Assembly: GCF_018350175.1 (NCBI RefSeq)
Contig: NC_058368.1
Coordinates: 187,800,001 to 187,864,000, forward strand
Direction: 5' to 3'
Source: Felis catus
Lineage: Eukaryota
Length of the DNA stretch: 64,000 nucleotides
Shown here: positions 51,568 to 64,000 of the stretch, piece by piece
Numbering within the stretch: position 1 is the stretch's first letter
How the letters are laid out: each line of letters starts with the position of its first letter
Translations under genes and position numbers: made by a program
The notes under the pieces: model-generated
What the model saw: only the letters and a program-made list of their open reading frames with translations
What the model was told of the DNA's origin: nothing
Database searches by the model: none

Positions 51568-52340
51568 CAGGCCTACCTCAGATACTGGGTTCAGTTCAGA
51601 CCACCCAATAAAGTGAGTCATGAATTTTTTGGTTTTTAGTGCATATACAAATTATTCTATTCTGTTGCAGTCTGTTAAGTGTGCAATAGCATTGTGTCTA
51701 AATAATGTATATCTTAATTTAAAAAATAGCTTTATTGCCAAAAATTGCTAACCATCTGAGCTTTCAGTGGGTCTTTTTCCTGGTGTGGAGGGTCTGGCTT
51801 CAATGTGGATAGCTGCTGACCGATCAGGGTGGTGGTTGCTGAAGGTTGGGGTGGCTGTGGCAATTTTCTTAAAATAAGAAAATAGTGAAGTTTGCCACAT
51901 CGATTGACTCTGCTTTTCATGAACAATTTATCTCTTTGTGGCATGTGATGTTGTTAGATGGCATTTTACCCACAGAAGAACTTTCGAAACTGGAGTCAGT
52001 CCTCTCAAAGTCCGTTTATCAGCTACGTTGATGTCATAGTCTAAATCTTTTGTTGTCGTGTCCACACTCTTCACAGCGTCTCCACCAGGAGTAGATTCCA
52101 TCTCAAGAAACACTTTCTTTGCTCATCCATAAGAAGCACCTCCTCATCTGTTAAAGTTTTATCACGAGATTGCAGCAACTCAGTCCCATCTTCAGGCTCC
52201 ACTTCTAATTCTAGTTCTCTTGCTATTTCTGCCACATCTGCAGTTACTTCCTCCACTGAAGTCTTGAACCTTCAATTTGTAAAAAAACCAGTATCTGCGA
52301 AGCGTAGTAAAGTGAAGCGCAATAAAACGAGGTATGCCTG
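51568..52340 (-). mobile_element. Internally deleted Tigger1 (TcMar) element with a remnant of the transposase C-terminus
   Basis: Termini caggc(c/a)tacctc; right end aataaaacgaggtatgcctg|TA; minus-strand ORFs [22 protein letters not shown]...LLMDEQRK and FLEMESTPG. Confidence 0.9.
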
Positions 52341-53037
52341 TACCTTAAGAAATCTATAATTTGGATCTAAAATTAGATTTTTCCTTTTAACTTGTGAATT
52401 TTTCTATGGTTTCTGCTGTATTGGTTCATTTTTGTTTAGTACTCCTAGCAGAGAAGGGACTGGCAAATGTCTAGAAAAGTTGATAATGTTTTGATTCAGG
52501 ATATTGTTTGGATTTGGGCCCAGTGAAGGCCTCCATAGGGGATTTGCTAGAAGAGAATGAAGACCCTCAGTTGGGGCAAATTTAGCGTTTGCTTTGGGAT
52601 GGTATTAGGATGGTGGCAGTGAAGATCATCTCTGATTGAGATGCCTGATACAGGGAATTCAGAAATAGAACCAGAAGGAGCTGGTGCCATGCCAACTGCC
52701 AGGAGAAAATAAAAACAGCTAAGCTGAATTACTTACCTTTACCTGGTTTGACTTAATAGTCCCTTCATATTCTGTGTTTACAGTTCGTGTATGCCCTCAC
52801 TAAACAGAGTGCATAGAATTTAAAGAAAGAAAGCTTTAGCAATTTATGTGCTCTGTTGTGCTATTCTGAATAAAGGAACAGAAGGTTTAAAGTCATAGTG
52901 ATATAGATGGTCTCTGTAGGGTTAGTTTTCCAGGATGTCTTAGTGTCTCTCCCATGGATAGTTGGTACCAAGAAGAGAAGCAAGTCTTCTTGTTTAGTCT
53001 CTACTCAAGAGACTTCATATTTATAGACTCAAGGAAT

Positions 53038-54336
53038 TTTTTTTTTTGAACATTTACTTATTTTTGAGAGAGCATGAGTGGGAGAGGGGCAGAGAGAGAG
53101 GGAGACACAGAATCCAAAGTAGGCTCCAGGCTCTGAGCTGTCAGCACAGAGCCTGATGCGAGGCTCGAACCCACGGACTATGAGATCGTGACCTGAGCTG
53201 AAGTTGGATGCTTAACCAACTGAGCCACCCAGGCGCCCCAGTATAGACTCAAGGATTTTTTCCCTTTCCTTGTGACTTTAGGTAGAAATTATTTTCTTCC
53301 TTCATATACATACACAGAACACTATAATTTGTTAGGGTTTTGTTTTGTTTTGTTTTGTATTTTAAAAATTAAGTACACCTCACATAAAATTTATTTTAAC
53401 CATTTTTTTAAAAAGTGTATGGCTCTGTGTCATTAAGTACATTCACATTGTGTACCCATCACCATCTTTCCACTTGTAATTTGGATTTTGATCGAAATCT
53501 TTTACATCTGGACTGATAATTTCCAAATAGCTTCCAGAACAGTAAGTCACGGGAGTGTTTTTCTTGGTCAAGCACCATGACCGGAACATGCACCTTGGTG
53601 CCTGGCTTCCAGGATTCCTTTCTGATCAGCCTGGATCAGCCTGGTTAGTGCTAGAGCTGTAACTGCCTCGTGGCAAAATTTTTAGATGAGTTAGTGTGAC
53701 TGCATTTGCTTATTAAAATCACTTAAGGGTAGGTTTTAAGTTAAAACCATTCCCTCCCAGTGACAAAAACAGTTGTTTTGGACAATTTTATCAATATGGA
53801 AATCATTGAAATTATTTTACTAATGGAATTAGCTTCCAAAACTTAAATTATTATTATTTTTTAACATTTATTTATTTTTGAGACAGCATGAACAGGGAGG
53901 GTCAGAGAAAGAGGGAGGCACAGAATCTGAAACAGGCTCTAGGCTCTGAGCTGTCAGCACAGAGCCTGACGCGGGACCCTGAACCCACGGACCACGAGAT
54001 CATGACCTGAGCCAAAGTCGGATGCTCAACCGACTGAGCCACCCAGGCGCCCCCAAAACTTACTTACATACCATCACACTTTTTGCCATATTTTCAAATT
54101 TGTTTACTGTTACTCCCTTTGACACTTAAAAAAATTTTTTTTTTGAATCTTTATTTGTGAGAGAGAGAGCGTGAGCAGGGGAGGAGCAGAGAGAGGGAGA
54201 CACACAATCCAAAGGAGGCTCCAGGCTTGGAGCTGTCAGCACAGAGACCGATGCAGGGCTCAAACTTGGCAAACTGTGAGATCATGACCTGAGCCGAAGT
54301 TGGACGCTCAACCGACAGAGCCACCCAGGCACCCCC
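53038..54336 (-). mobile_element. Three antisense Can-SINEs (53038-53239, 53850-54054, 54135-54336)
   Basis: The first has TSD tatagactcaagga. Confidence 0.9.
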
Positions 54337-55126
54337 ACTTTTACACTTTTTATGTCACACATACTCCTTGACAACATACTATTAAAATTCTAAAATTCTA
54401 AGAGGATTTTGTGTACCACACTCTGGTAGGAAATGCTAAAGTAAATTAGTTTTTATATCCTGCCTTTAAGTCCAGTTTGGGATGGATTGAGTCAAATTTT
54501 AATGCATCTAATTTCTGAAAAAAGCAATTGCTGAACTTGAATTTTTCTTAAAGATTTCTGTGTTATTGTGGCACAAGTTAAGATTGGATACAGGGAGGTA
54601 TAAAGGAAAAGAAACCATAGAATCAAAAATCACAAGGATTTATCAAAATACTGAATTTCTGAGTCAGATTCTTATTTTCTAACTGAATAAGTTCGATAGC
54701 TTATAGTGTATGTTGTCCAATTTATAGCCTTCTACTATTGGACACTTTGGTTTATAAAACAATTTCTTAAAACTTTGATGTTCGAAATAGACCAGTTAGT
54801 TAAAAAATACGTAGTCTTAAAACTTGGTTTAAATGTGAATTAAAACTTTTTTCTTTAAATTCCTGACATTTGTATAAGGCCTCATTAAAAATACATTGAA
54901 AACACAGCCATAATTTATATTTTCCTTGTAATCATAAGAATGTGACAGGTAGCTGCTTTTTACTACTTTAGAATTCTAAGTCTTAACCAGAAATTATGAT
55001 TTAAAACTCATAATTTTTTCTATCCTAGTGCCTGTATCTAGAAGGAAAACCACCTATGCCATAGCTAAAGCATTAGGCTGTTATTATAACACTTTTTCCC
55101 TTTTCATTTAAACTAAAAAAAATTGT

Positions 55127-55300
55127 GGGGCACCTGGGTGGCTCACTCTGTTAAGCATCTGACTTTGGCTCAGGTCATGATCTCACGGTTTGTGCTGTCA
55201 GCACAGAACCTGCTTCAGACCCTCTATCCCCCTTTCTCTCTGCCCCCCCCCCCCCCCGCTCATTCCTTCTTTCTTCCTCAAAAATAAATAAACTAAAAAA
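55127..55300 (+). mobile_element. Can-SINE, internally deleted
   Basis: GGGGCACCTGGGTGGCTCA head, AAAT tail. Confidence 0.88.
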
Positions 55301-55561
55301 GTTGTAATTATAATGTATATCATTATACACATGTATTCATTATAACACAAAGATTCACTTAAAAGTTACTGAAAAAGTCTAGAAGGGATATAATTTTCCC
55401 CTAGTAAAACAGTTTTTTGCTTGCCTGGAGAGAATGTTTTTATAAGAATGTGAGGGTTATCCTGTTGAGTGTAAAATATAGAAATGGATACTTGTGAGTA
55501 TATAACTTGCCAGTGACCAGCAGTGCTCTATCCCAGGCTTGTATTGAGCAAAGAATCATTC

Positions 55562-55672
55562 TTTTTTTAAGTTTTATTTGATTTTAAGTAACCTTCACAC
55601 CCAACATGGGGTTCGAACTCACAACCCTGAGATCAAGAGTTGCACGCTCCTGACTGAGCTGGTCAAACCCCC
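55562..55672 (-). mobile_element. Short Can-SINE
   Basis: gaactcacaaccctgagatcaagagttgcacgc. Confidence 0.78.
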
Positions 55673-56989
55673 AGAGCCAAGAAGCATTCTTTCTCACTTT
55701 TCAGGGACATGGCTGAAAGTACAGGGTCTTGAGCCAGATTTCTTCCTGGATTCAATGGCAGGCATGGATCTGTCCCTTAGAAGCTAGCTGTGTGATCTTA
55801 GGTTACCTTACTGTCATCCTCTGTGATATGGGGAGAATAAATAGTACCTCCTCAGAAGGTAATTGTGAGAATTTAAAGCCATAAAGTGCCTAGCACAAGA
55901 CCTATAGAAATAACTTGCTGTCATTTCCACAACCACTGCTTTCTGTGTATGGCATAGAAATTTCATTTCTGGTAGCTTTTGAAATAAGCTTTGTGTGACA
56001 TACATTCATTTATAAACTGTTATAATAACAGTGTTATTACCTGAGATTTCAACAACCATAGCATGATCATCCATAAATATCTAGAAGTAGGCTGAACTAT
56101 TTCCAACAGGCATTTGTGGGGAGCAACAGGGCTTTATAGTGAAGGGAAAACTGCATTAACCTTGCATTTCAACTCTCCCCTTATTCACTTACGTACTGCA
56201 TAAATTCCAGTCTGTTCCTCTCCCACTTCTCTCCTTTATGCCAAGCACAGGGCCTGACAAAGGAGAAATGATGTCTACTTGTGAATGAATGGGGAAAAGT
56301 AATTCTGGTTCCGACAGGTATATACTAATGACCAATCACCATCTCAGCAGCCTGGCACATCCCAAATCATTTCAAAGACGTGTGGGAACTATCTGCCCTG
56401 GTGGGGCTCAGTGGAGTGAGTAGAGGTCCTCCTAGGAGAGCTTTATAAAGGCATCAGAACCACAAAGCTTTGCCTGTCAGCTTTTAAGTGAGTCAGTTAG
56501 CTGATTTGCACAAATGCCATATTCCCTTGGGACCCTGGTGTTTTAATATTTTTTGCCAAATGGTAAAAAGTGGCTGTTACTTTGAAAATTCCTTTTTATT
56601 GTTTATTGCTACTGGTATGACTGAGTAGATAGTTTCCACTTTTTAGGAGGGAAATACCACACATTCCAAGGCTTTGATCTGCGTGTGCTGTGGCCATATT
56701 TTCCAGAAGGTAGTTATCTTTACCCATGGCTCAATTTTGAGATGTTAATTACAAACCTATGATTGCCCCCCCCCCCCCCCCCCGGTTTAGTTTTTAGCAG
56801 GGAATCTGGCTGGGAGTGGCATCTTAGTGTGAGTCCTGGTATGCTGGGAAGAACTGTGTGCAGTTTGTCTAAAACCCTATTATAACTGGTTAGAAAAACA
56901 GCACCAAGGCTAGAAAAACAGAATGTCTACTGTAAAATGAGACACTGTGCTTTTCCTATTTGTTCATGTTGCATGATTTTACAGTGTGT

Positions 56990-57192
56990 TTTTTTGTTGT
57001 TGTTGTTTTTGGGGGTGGGGAGCGAGAGAGAATGAATGAGTGGGTGAGGGGCAGAGAGAGAATCCTAAGGAGGCTGTGTGCTGTCAGCATAGAGCCCAAT
57101 GCGGGGCTTACTCTCTCTCACAAACCATGAGATTATGACCTGAGCCAAGATCAAGAGTCAGACACTTAACCGACTGAGCCACCCAGGCGCCC
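56990..57192 (-). mobile_element. Can-SINE
   Basis: Ends gagccacccaggcgccc. Confidence 0.9.
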
Positions 57193-58585
57193 TGATACTA
57201 CACTATATTCAAAGAAAACTTATATTGCGTGTTCAGCAAGATAACAGGTACAAGTATATAATCTTAATTCTTTAGTTTTTAATGCTGAACTTTGCTCTAA
57301 GAGCATGACCTCTACTTCCTTCTTTCATGACTTCCCCCCATTCTGATCTGCCCATTTATAGTTCTGCCTCCCAGGAATAGTTGCCATTGTTGCAAATAAG
57401 CTTTTTCTTAAAGGACAAAATAAGTAATTTCAAGTGAAATTGCTGCCTTTCATGCAGGTATCACTGCTAGGGCTCCGTGGCTCTTTCTAATGGATCATGT
57501 ATGTGTGGTCCGTTTCTAAAGAGAAACCCAAGGCCCTAAAAGCACTGAGGGGAAACTCATCTTAAATATTAGGACAAAAGACTTATTAGCCAGGTTCTGT
57601 GGACTGGGACTGGCATGTTGATATTTTATATGGTGTTTCAGGGGGTGGGAAGGGCAAATGCACAGCAAGAGATCATTTTTTGATAGAGCTTCTTGACTCT
57701 CTTAACTAGAATCCAAGAGATTTAGAATGATGGTTGAAAACCTAACAAATTTTACTTCTGGAGGGAGAGGTTCAAAGTTAAATTCTTTTGTGCACTCAAG
57801 ATTCCTTTTTTTCTTCTGTGATTGCTGTTGGATTACAATTAATAATATATAAAACATAGTGTGTTTCCCATGAACAAAAGGGCACATAACCTTATTAAAT
57901 CTCATTTAAGAAAATTGTTCTCCTTTGAGTTAAAATTCAGAAGTAATTATAGATCAGGTGTATGAGGTTTCTCCTTTTCAATGTCAGAAAAGCCTTTTTA
58001 AAAGTTTTGATTATTTGTTACTGTTTCTGATGTACCTTAGTATTCTAAAAATCATTTTATTATAAGGACTGAAAATCATCTAAGTAAGTGATCCCAGAGT
58101 TAACTTTATGGATGCGATGAATTTATACTTAAAATAGGGAAGTAAGCAGACAAACAAATATGTTAAAAATAAGGCTTAGAAGAGCAATCCTTCATTTGAA
58201 TTATTCTTTGTATTTGAAATCTCTGTTCTAAAAGCCCCAGTGAGAAAGCTTATCTTGTCAGACTTCTTTCGAGCAGGTATTAACTCACACAGGAATGCCA
58301 GGTCCTGAGTAGTATGCATAGGAGGTCACAGACATTAAAAGGACAAAAGGATTCAGGTAGTTTTTGGTCATTCTGCAAAATAGGGTCTCTGAACTCATTA
58401 ATGAAGTTAACATGGACAAGGATGACAACTTCGGCCCTCGCCGATCAGGACTACTCCAGCCCGAGGTTAGTGGTAGGCTAGAAGAAATTTTTTAGCAGGA
58501 ACATTACATGGGAGCTAGTATTGGAGGGCAGCATCTTAGTGTGTGCGCCCAAGGCGTCTTGCTGCTGAATTGAATTGTTCTGGAG

Positions 58586-58603
58586 AGTGCCCTCTCCTGG
58601 CCA
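58586..58603 (-). promoter_or_regulatory. Candidate CTCF site
   Basis: Minus strand TGGCCAGGAGAGGGCACT; 12/13 match to the core CCASYAGRKGGCR. Confidence 0.45.
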
Positions 58604-58808
58604 ATACTGGTGTGTACACACCTCAAATCTGTTTTCTTTTAGTATCCAAGCTTCACTTCCTGTGAAGTCAGCAAGTTATCCAGAATACATTCATGATGAA
58701 AATTCAACTGAATTTTGGTCTTATTTTTAAAATTTTTTTTTGTAAAATGGATTTAAAAGAACTCAAATGACTGCTCTATTTTTGTTAACTTGGTTTTTTC
58801 TACCATAG

Positions 58809-58928
58809 GTCTCAACAAATGGCAGCTATTACATCAGACAGTGACGAGTCCTGCTGCTCCCTTACAGTGTCTGACAGACCACTGTGGATTCAGACTGGGA
58901 GCATTGAAGTTAACAGTGAAACGGGCAG
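58809..58928 (+). CDS. PWWP2A: PWWP2A alternative 120-nt cassette exon (G-LNKWQLLHQTVTSPAAPLQCLTDHCGFRLGALKLTVKRA) of a PWWP-less isoform
   Basis: Acceptor ttttttctaccatag|GT and donor GCAG|GTCTGT; open, phase 1-1, in frame with the internal donor at 47416; peptide matches my recollection of the human short-isoform C-terminus. Confidence 0.85.
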
Positions 58929-61336
58929 GTCTGTCTGTGCTAAGCCCTGCCACAAAGTGAAGAGGGCATCATGTCACCACTTGATCATTCTGAAGTAGGT
59001 TAGGCTAGACATAAAAGAGTTCATTAGTTCTTTTTCCTGAGTTTTCATTGACCTTTGTAGCTGGGTGTATCTCATATAGGTGACCGTTTTACTGAATGAA
59101 AGTAACTTTCAATTGGTATTACCAGCTGTGCTAAAAACAAGTAGAGCCAGCCTCCTGTGAGCTTCCATGAAACGATTTTCTCCTAGGGCAGTAAAAGTTG
59201 AGTATCAGGTTGTAGAATTCTGTCAACTAGCAACAGAGTCTTCGTGGAAAGTCAAATAGTGGATTTCTCTATCTTTTCACTGTCTCAGTCTTTGTCACTT
59301 TTATATTCATTTAACTTCTTAGTCATTCTTAATGTGTGTATATATAAGAATATATATATATATACATCTATGAACATATATATATTCTTAGCGAACTAAC
59401 CTCAGAACCATTGTCATTTACGTAAGGAAAGTAAAAATTCAGAGGGGGGCAAAAGATAATCCTGAAACGTGGCCATAATCTTTTTAAGTGCGTTTATTGA
59501 AACTTCTCTGGATAACGCCTTAAAGGCTTATTTGGGACTCTTCTACAGCTGGAAAGGTTTAAGGATTTCTGATGTACTGCTTCTGAACTTACGATCTCTT
59601 TTTGCTTCCTTGAATTAAGGCTATTTAACCCTCTGGTGTGTGCAGCTGGTGGTGAGCTGTAATTGGGCTGTATCATTGCAGATAAGCTATAATTTGCAAG
59701 CTGAGTCACAATGGCACATTTTGGATCAGAGATGGAGGCTGGGATATTTTGGACTCTTACCTGGATTGCAGGGATGGTAGCTACCCTTATGGTGATTTCT
59801 TGAGGAAAAATCATGTTTTAATTTTCTGTACATCTCATAGGAATCATAAGACATGCTTCAATCCTTGGCTTTCCTGTCAACCTGATTAGGCCTAAGGTTG
59901 AAGCCAAACATTGAGTCATAAATAGAAGGAAATGAAATTGTACATGGGATTGACTGTTTACTTTTTTCTTCTCTTTCATTTTACTTCCAGAGTTCTGTGT
60001 GGGTCTAAATAGTATTACGATTGTTAGTTTTAACAGATGAACTTTTCTTAGTTCAATGTCAGTTCTAAAAGTGTTAATCATTCTGTTTCTTTAGAAGCAA
60101 AGACTACATTCACCTTCCATTCTGATGTGTGCAGTGTAGAAGCCATTTTTCATTGCTTGAGAAAAAGCATGATAGAATGCCCTGTAAGTTTATTTTATAG
60201 CCCTTGATCCAGTAAGTCAGTGAGGCAGCACTGGGAAGCTTAACATAAGAGCAAGAGTGCTAGCAAAGAATGGGAAAGACACCTACTTTGAAATATCTGG
60301 AAGTTAAACATTGGGAAGGATGGGGGTGGTTTTTCTTTTCTTTCCTGCATTCTCTGTTTTGTCAGTTATTATTCCACTGAAAACACCATAGACCTTTGGC
60401 TTAAAAGTACATTTGACCAAAAAGTCGTCATTCTCTCCACAATCACCTCTTTTGGAATTGAGGCTCTTATTGGTACTAGTCTCCCAGGCTTGAGAGGCGA
60501 TAACCAGGGATTATAGAGGGCTTCACTGGGGTTCTTACCACTTGGTATTAAAGGGAAGTTGATAATGTTGGGCAGAAATTCTTGTCATGCTTCCTGGCAA
60601 TCATTTTTATAAGCTTTGCCCTTTATAAATGTTTTGCTCAGGCTTGCTTTTTTTTGGAGGTATGGTGAAGAGGGCCTCTGCTCATGATCTGGTGTGATAA
60701 GGGACGCTGTATCTAATGAGTGTACATAAGTGGCCTTTGAGTAGCGAAATGGCGCTCTTGATGCCTTCTGATGTGCTGTGTGTAGCTCTGGGAAGGCACC
60801 CTCCACCCCCCTTTTTTGCTCTTTATACATATGTAGACAGTATGCTGTGCAGCTGACTTGCACATAGCTTGATTTGTTATATAAATTTGCTCCCGTGTGT
60901 AGGCAGCCTGTGCTAGAGGAAGGCCTCTGGTGCTTCAGAGTGGTCCACAGCAGCTGAGGATTCACAGAGTTTAGTATTGTTTCTGGTGAGGTAAAGAACA
61001 TAAAGCCGCACAAAGAACAAAGCTAAAATCCCCCCTTTATTAGGCAAATGTTCATCAGGTATTTTAAAAAATATACTCCAGTGCAGATTGTGTGAAGGTG
61101 ACAAGTTTTGTGTTGGAATTTGGCCAGATGTACCTCGGAAATAAAATGAACGCTTCTGCTGGTTTAAAGTGGAAGTATATTGTTTTCTCAAATATTGGTT
61201 AAGTTTAGCTGATTTAAAAGAAAAAAGTATGATCCTATAATCTATGCAGGGCTGAATTTAAACAACAAGGACATAATTTTTCTCCTATTTACTTGTACTT
61301 AACTACCTTTTCTTCCTTTTCTTTACTGTATTTCAG

Positions 61337-61350
61337 CACAAAGACATTAG
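61337..61350 (+). CDS. PWWP2A: PWWP2A distal terminal exon, coding part (A-QRH-stop), followed by a long 3' UTR
   Basis: Long polypyrimidine tract ...ctttttcttccttttctttactgtatttcag|CACAAAGACATTAG; gives 560 aa with the cassette exon or 520 aa without it. Confidence 0.85.
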
Positions 61351-63510
61351 CAGGCTGCTGGTTTCATGGACCTGTACCACAGTGACACAGAACACCAGAG
61401 CATCAGGACTGAATGAAATTGGAGATTCAGATTTTTAAAGCTGCACTAAGAAGTAAATGTTAAGGCAGTGGTTAAAACCAACAGTCTATAAAGGGGCACT
61501 TGCAAATTGTGCTATATTAAACCCAAGACAAGGCATTAGGGGAATGTTTTATAAAAAAATAAACCATTGCAATAAGTTATGCATGAGAGGAGGAGAAAAG
61601 TGATACGAAACACGCAAGGAAATCACTTGAATTTTATGTATGAAGAATCACTGACCGTAACTTTTTTTGAATGTGAAGTTCTTACCAGTACAGTTTGGAC
61701 AGGCCTAAGAAGGCAAGGGATGATGACAGAGAAGCTGGATTATTTTTTGAACTAAAACTTTGTGCTTTCTTCAAGGTTTTGTTAATCAGTTCAGCTATGA
61801 GCAAAGGCATTTCTAGAATGGATCTCCTGTGAAACAGCAATAGTCACATATGCCGAGGTGAGGCCAAGGTTTCCTTCAGGTGCTGGTGGAAACAACAGAA
61901 AAGATGATCTAACATCCTGCTAAAAGGATGGCAAAGTGCCCCACTCCACCCAGCAAAGAGATTTCGGACCTTTTTCTTTCTTTAATAAAGCAGGGCTGTA
62001 TTATCTTGAATATACGTTTGCTTGTTAGAACATATTAAGATGTATTTATTTGCCACCAGTATTTAACATTTGTGCACATTTTCATAACAGCATTCTTACC
62101 TTTTAAATTCTGACTCAAAGTGGATAGGCTAGTGTTGATCTTAGAGTGAAAATGTATACTCTAAGAGCTAGTTCTTAATCCTACTGAGGTGGAAAGGCTT
62201 TTGCCCTGAATTGTGATGTGGACCTCTCTCATGGAGAGCCCTTCCTTCTAAGTGCAAGATACTCATTCTCCCAGGTGTCAGGTGGGACTTGACCCTGGGT
62301 ACACGTAGTAGGAACAGACCCATAAAGAGCTTTCACGCATGGCAAATGAATTCTTATTAATGGAGACCATACTGTTGCTTTGGTCTTTGGAAAATACATA
62401 CTATGAAAAACTTTAATTTTTCTTTTTAATGAATGGAGAAAACATGAGAAAACCAGATGGACCTATTACTACTACATTTTTAAGGCATTTTATATTTGAT
62501 GGTGCCGTACTTTTAATAATAATACTGAAGTTTTTTAGTGGCAATGCTGATTTATTTTTTACAAGATAATCCATATTGATTACTTAATACAAAAAAAAGG
62601 GAAAAATGCCAAAAAATAAAATACAAAATTCATTTGAAGCAACATAACATAACTGAACATTTGGCTCCAGTGTTCAGACTTTCCATAATCTTACTGTATA
62701 GGTTTGGAATTACTTAACCCCACACTCAGGATTAAGAAAAGGGTCTGGGTAAGAGTTGGGAAACATTTAATATACTTGACTAGGACTTGTTTTACGACTC
62801 AAGAAGAAAAGGTGAACAGTCTTCTAGTGAGCTTAAACAAATTTTGATTACACTGCAAATAATTAAGTTTGGAGTGCATTCTAAACTCTTTTTGGAAAGT
62901 TCTTCATGAAGTCATTACACACGTTTGATCAAATCTGAAAAAGCTCAGGAACTAGCAGCAGGGAGTTCTAAAGATTACATGTACTTCTGTGGCGCCCTCT
63001 TAGACTTGGGTCCAACTTGTTCTTTCAGATGTTGAGCACCAGCAGTACCTTTCAGGCTCACTTTAAGGACCAGAGAACTCTAAGCCATGGTGGGTTGTAC
63101 AATAAGGATTTGTAATTAAGCGTTAGAATGCGCAGTGATGGAAATGACCAAGAAATAATACAAAGGCAAAACCTGATCTCTCCCAATTCTTTTTAAGTAT
63201 CTATTTTTTCTCATGACAAAACTCTCAAAGGCATTTTGTTATAAACCACATTTTCATTTTTTAATAAATGAAATTTGGTGGTGTTTAAAACCTAGACATA
63301 CCATGTTGCTATTTCACTTTTCATTGCTTTAGTTGCTTAATATTTAAGCTTTGCTTCATGCTACCTTTGTATTTCAAATCTTCACAAGCCTATTTCATTT
63401 TGTAGACTTGAATGACAAAAATTGTTTCTCATCTAAAGTATGCTAAGACTTCAATGTTAAAGAATGTTGTGTAACATTTATCCAATAAAGTCTTGATTTT
63501 TTAAAATTTA
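61351..63510 (+). other. PWWP2A: Putative 3' UTR of the distal terminal exon, with several candidate AATAAA (61984, 63263, 63484)
   Basis: Repeat-poor AT-rich sequence after the TAG at 61350; which poly(A) site is used cannot be determined from sequence. Confidence 0.5.
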
Positions 63511-63928
63511 GTTATCTAAAAACTTTTGTTTACTTTTTAGGAGTTAGATTTTTTTTTTTTTAACTATTAGGACTCAACCACTGTTGTTCTTTAGGGAGCC
63601 GTTTTAAGTAACACTGCCTCCTTAGGCGAACAGCCTGTAAGTTTTTATTTAATCACCGGGAGATTTTATGGGACCCTCTATGATCAAAGGATAGAAGAAG
63701 GGTGAATAGTTTAATTAGGACCCTGTACACAGACATTACTGTTTTCTTCAAATTCTAGTTAACATATACTGTAATATTGTTTTCAGGAGTATACGGTTTT
63801 CTTTTCTGATGGAAACAAATTTACTACCATTCAGAGTTGGATGTGATTAAGTATCTACTGGTAGGTTTAATTTTAAGAAGTCCTGCCCTTATGGATAAAT
63901 GGTTGCTTCTTTAAAAGCCCAGCATGTC

Positions 63929-64000
63929 TGGGGCACCTGGATGGCGCAGTCGGTTAAGCGTCCGACTCGATCTCGGTTCAGGTCATGATCTCACGCTTTG
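63929..64000 (+). mobile_element. Can-SINE head, cut by the window edge
   Basis: GGGGCACCTGGATGGCGCAGTCGGTTAAGCG. Confidence 0.9.

Overview
Mammalian, almost certainly felid, genomic DNA, judging by dense tRNA-derived Can-SINEs of SINEC_Fc type. The window holds one protein-coding gene, PWWP2A, on the + strand. It has a CCAAT-rich CpG-island promoter (~27.5-28.9 kb), coding exon 1 (27931-28514), a 17.9-kb intron and a large exon 2 (46452-48135), giving a 755-aa protein with a C-terminal PWWP domain. An internal donor in exon 2 (47416/47417) can splice to distal exons at 58809-58928 and 61337+, giving PWWP-less isoforms of 560 and 520 aa. The upstream 27 kb is intergenic and repeat-rich. It includes a decayed HNRNPA1 processed pseudogene and an orphan CpG element that combines Z-DNA-prone arms, a G-quadruplex motif and promoter motifs. 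The most unusual observations are a solo poly(A) retroinsertion that creates a (T)26-AG|GTGAGT recursive-splice-like site in the alternative intron, a possible protein-coding exon-2 circRNA, and a nested repeat stack with an apparently out-of-order insertion. Repeat families were recognised by eye from remembered consensus sequences, so subfamily names and boundaries are approximate.
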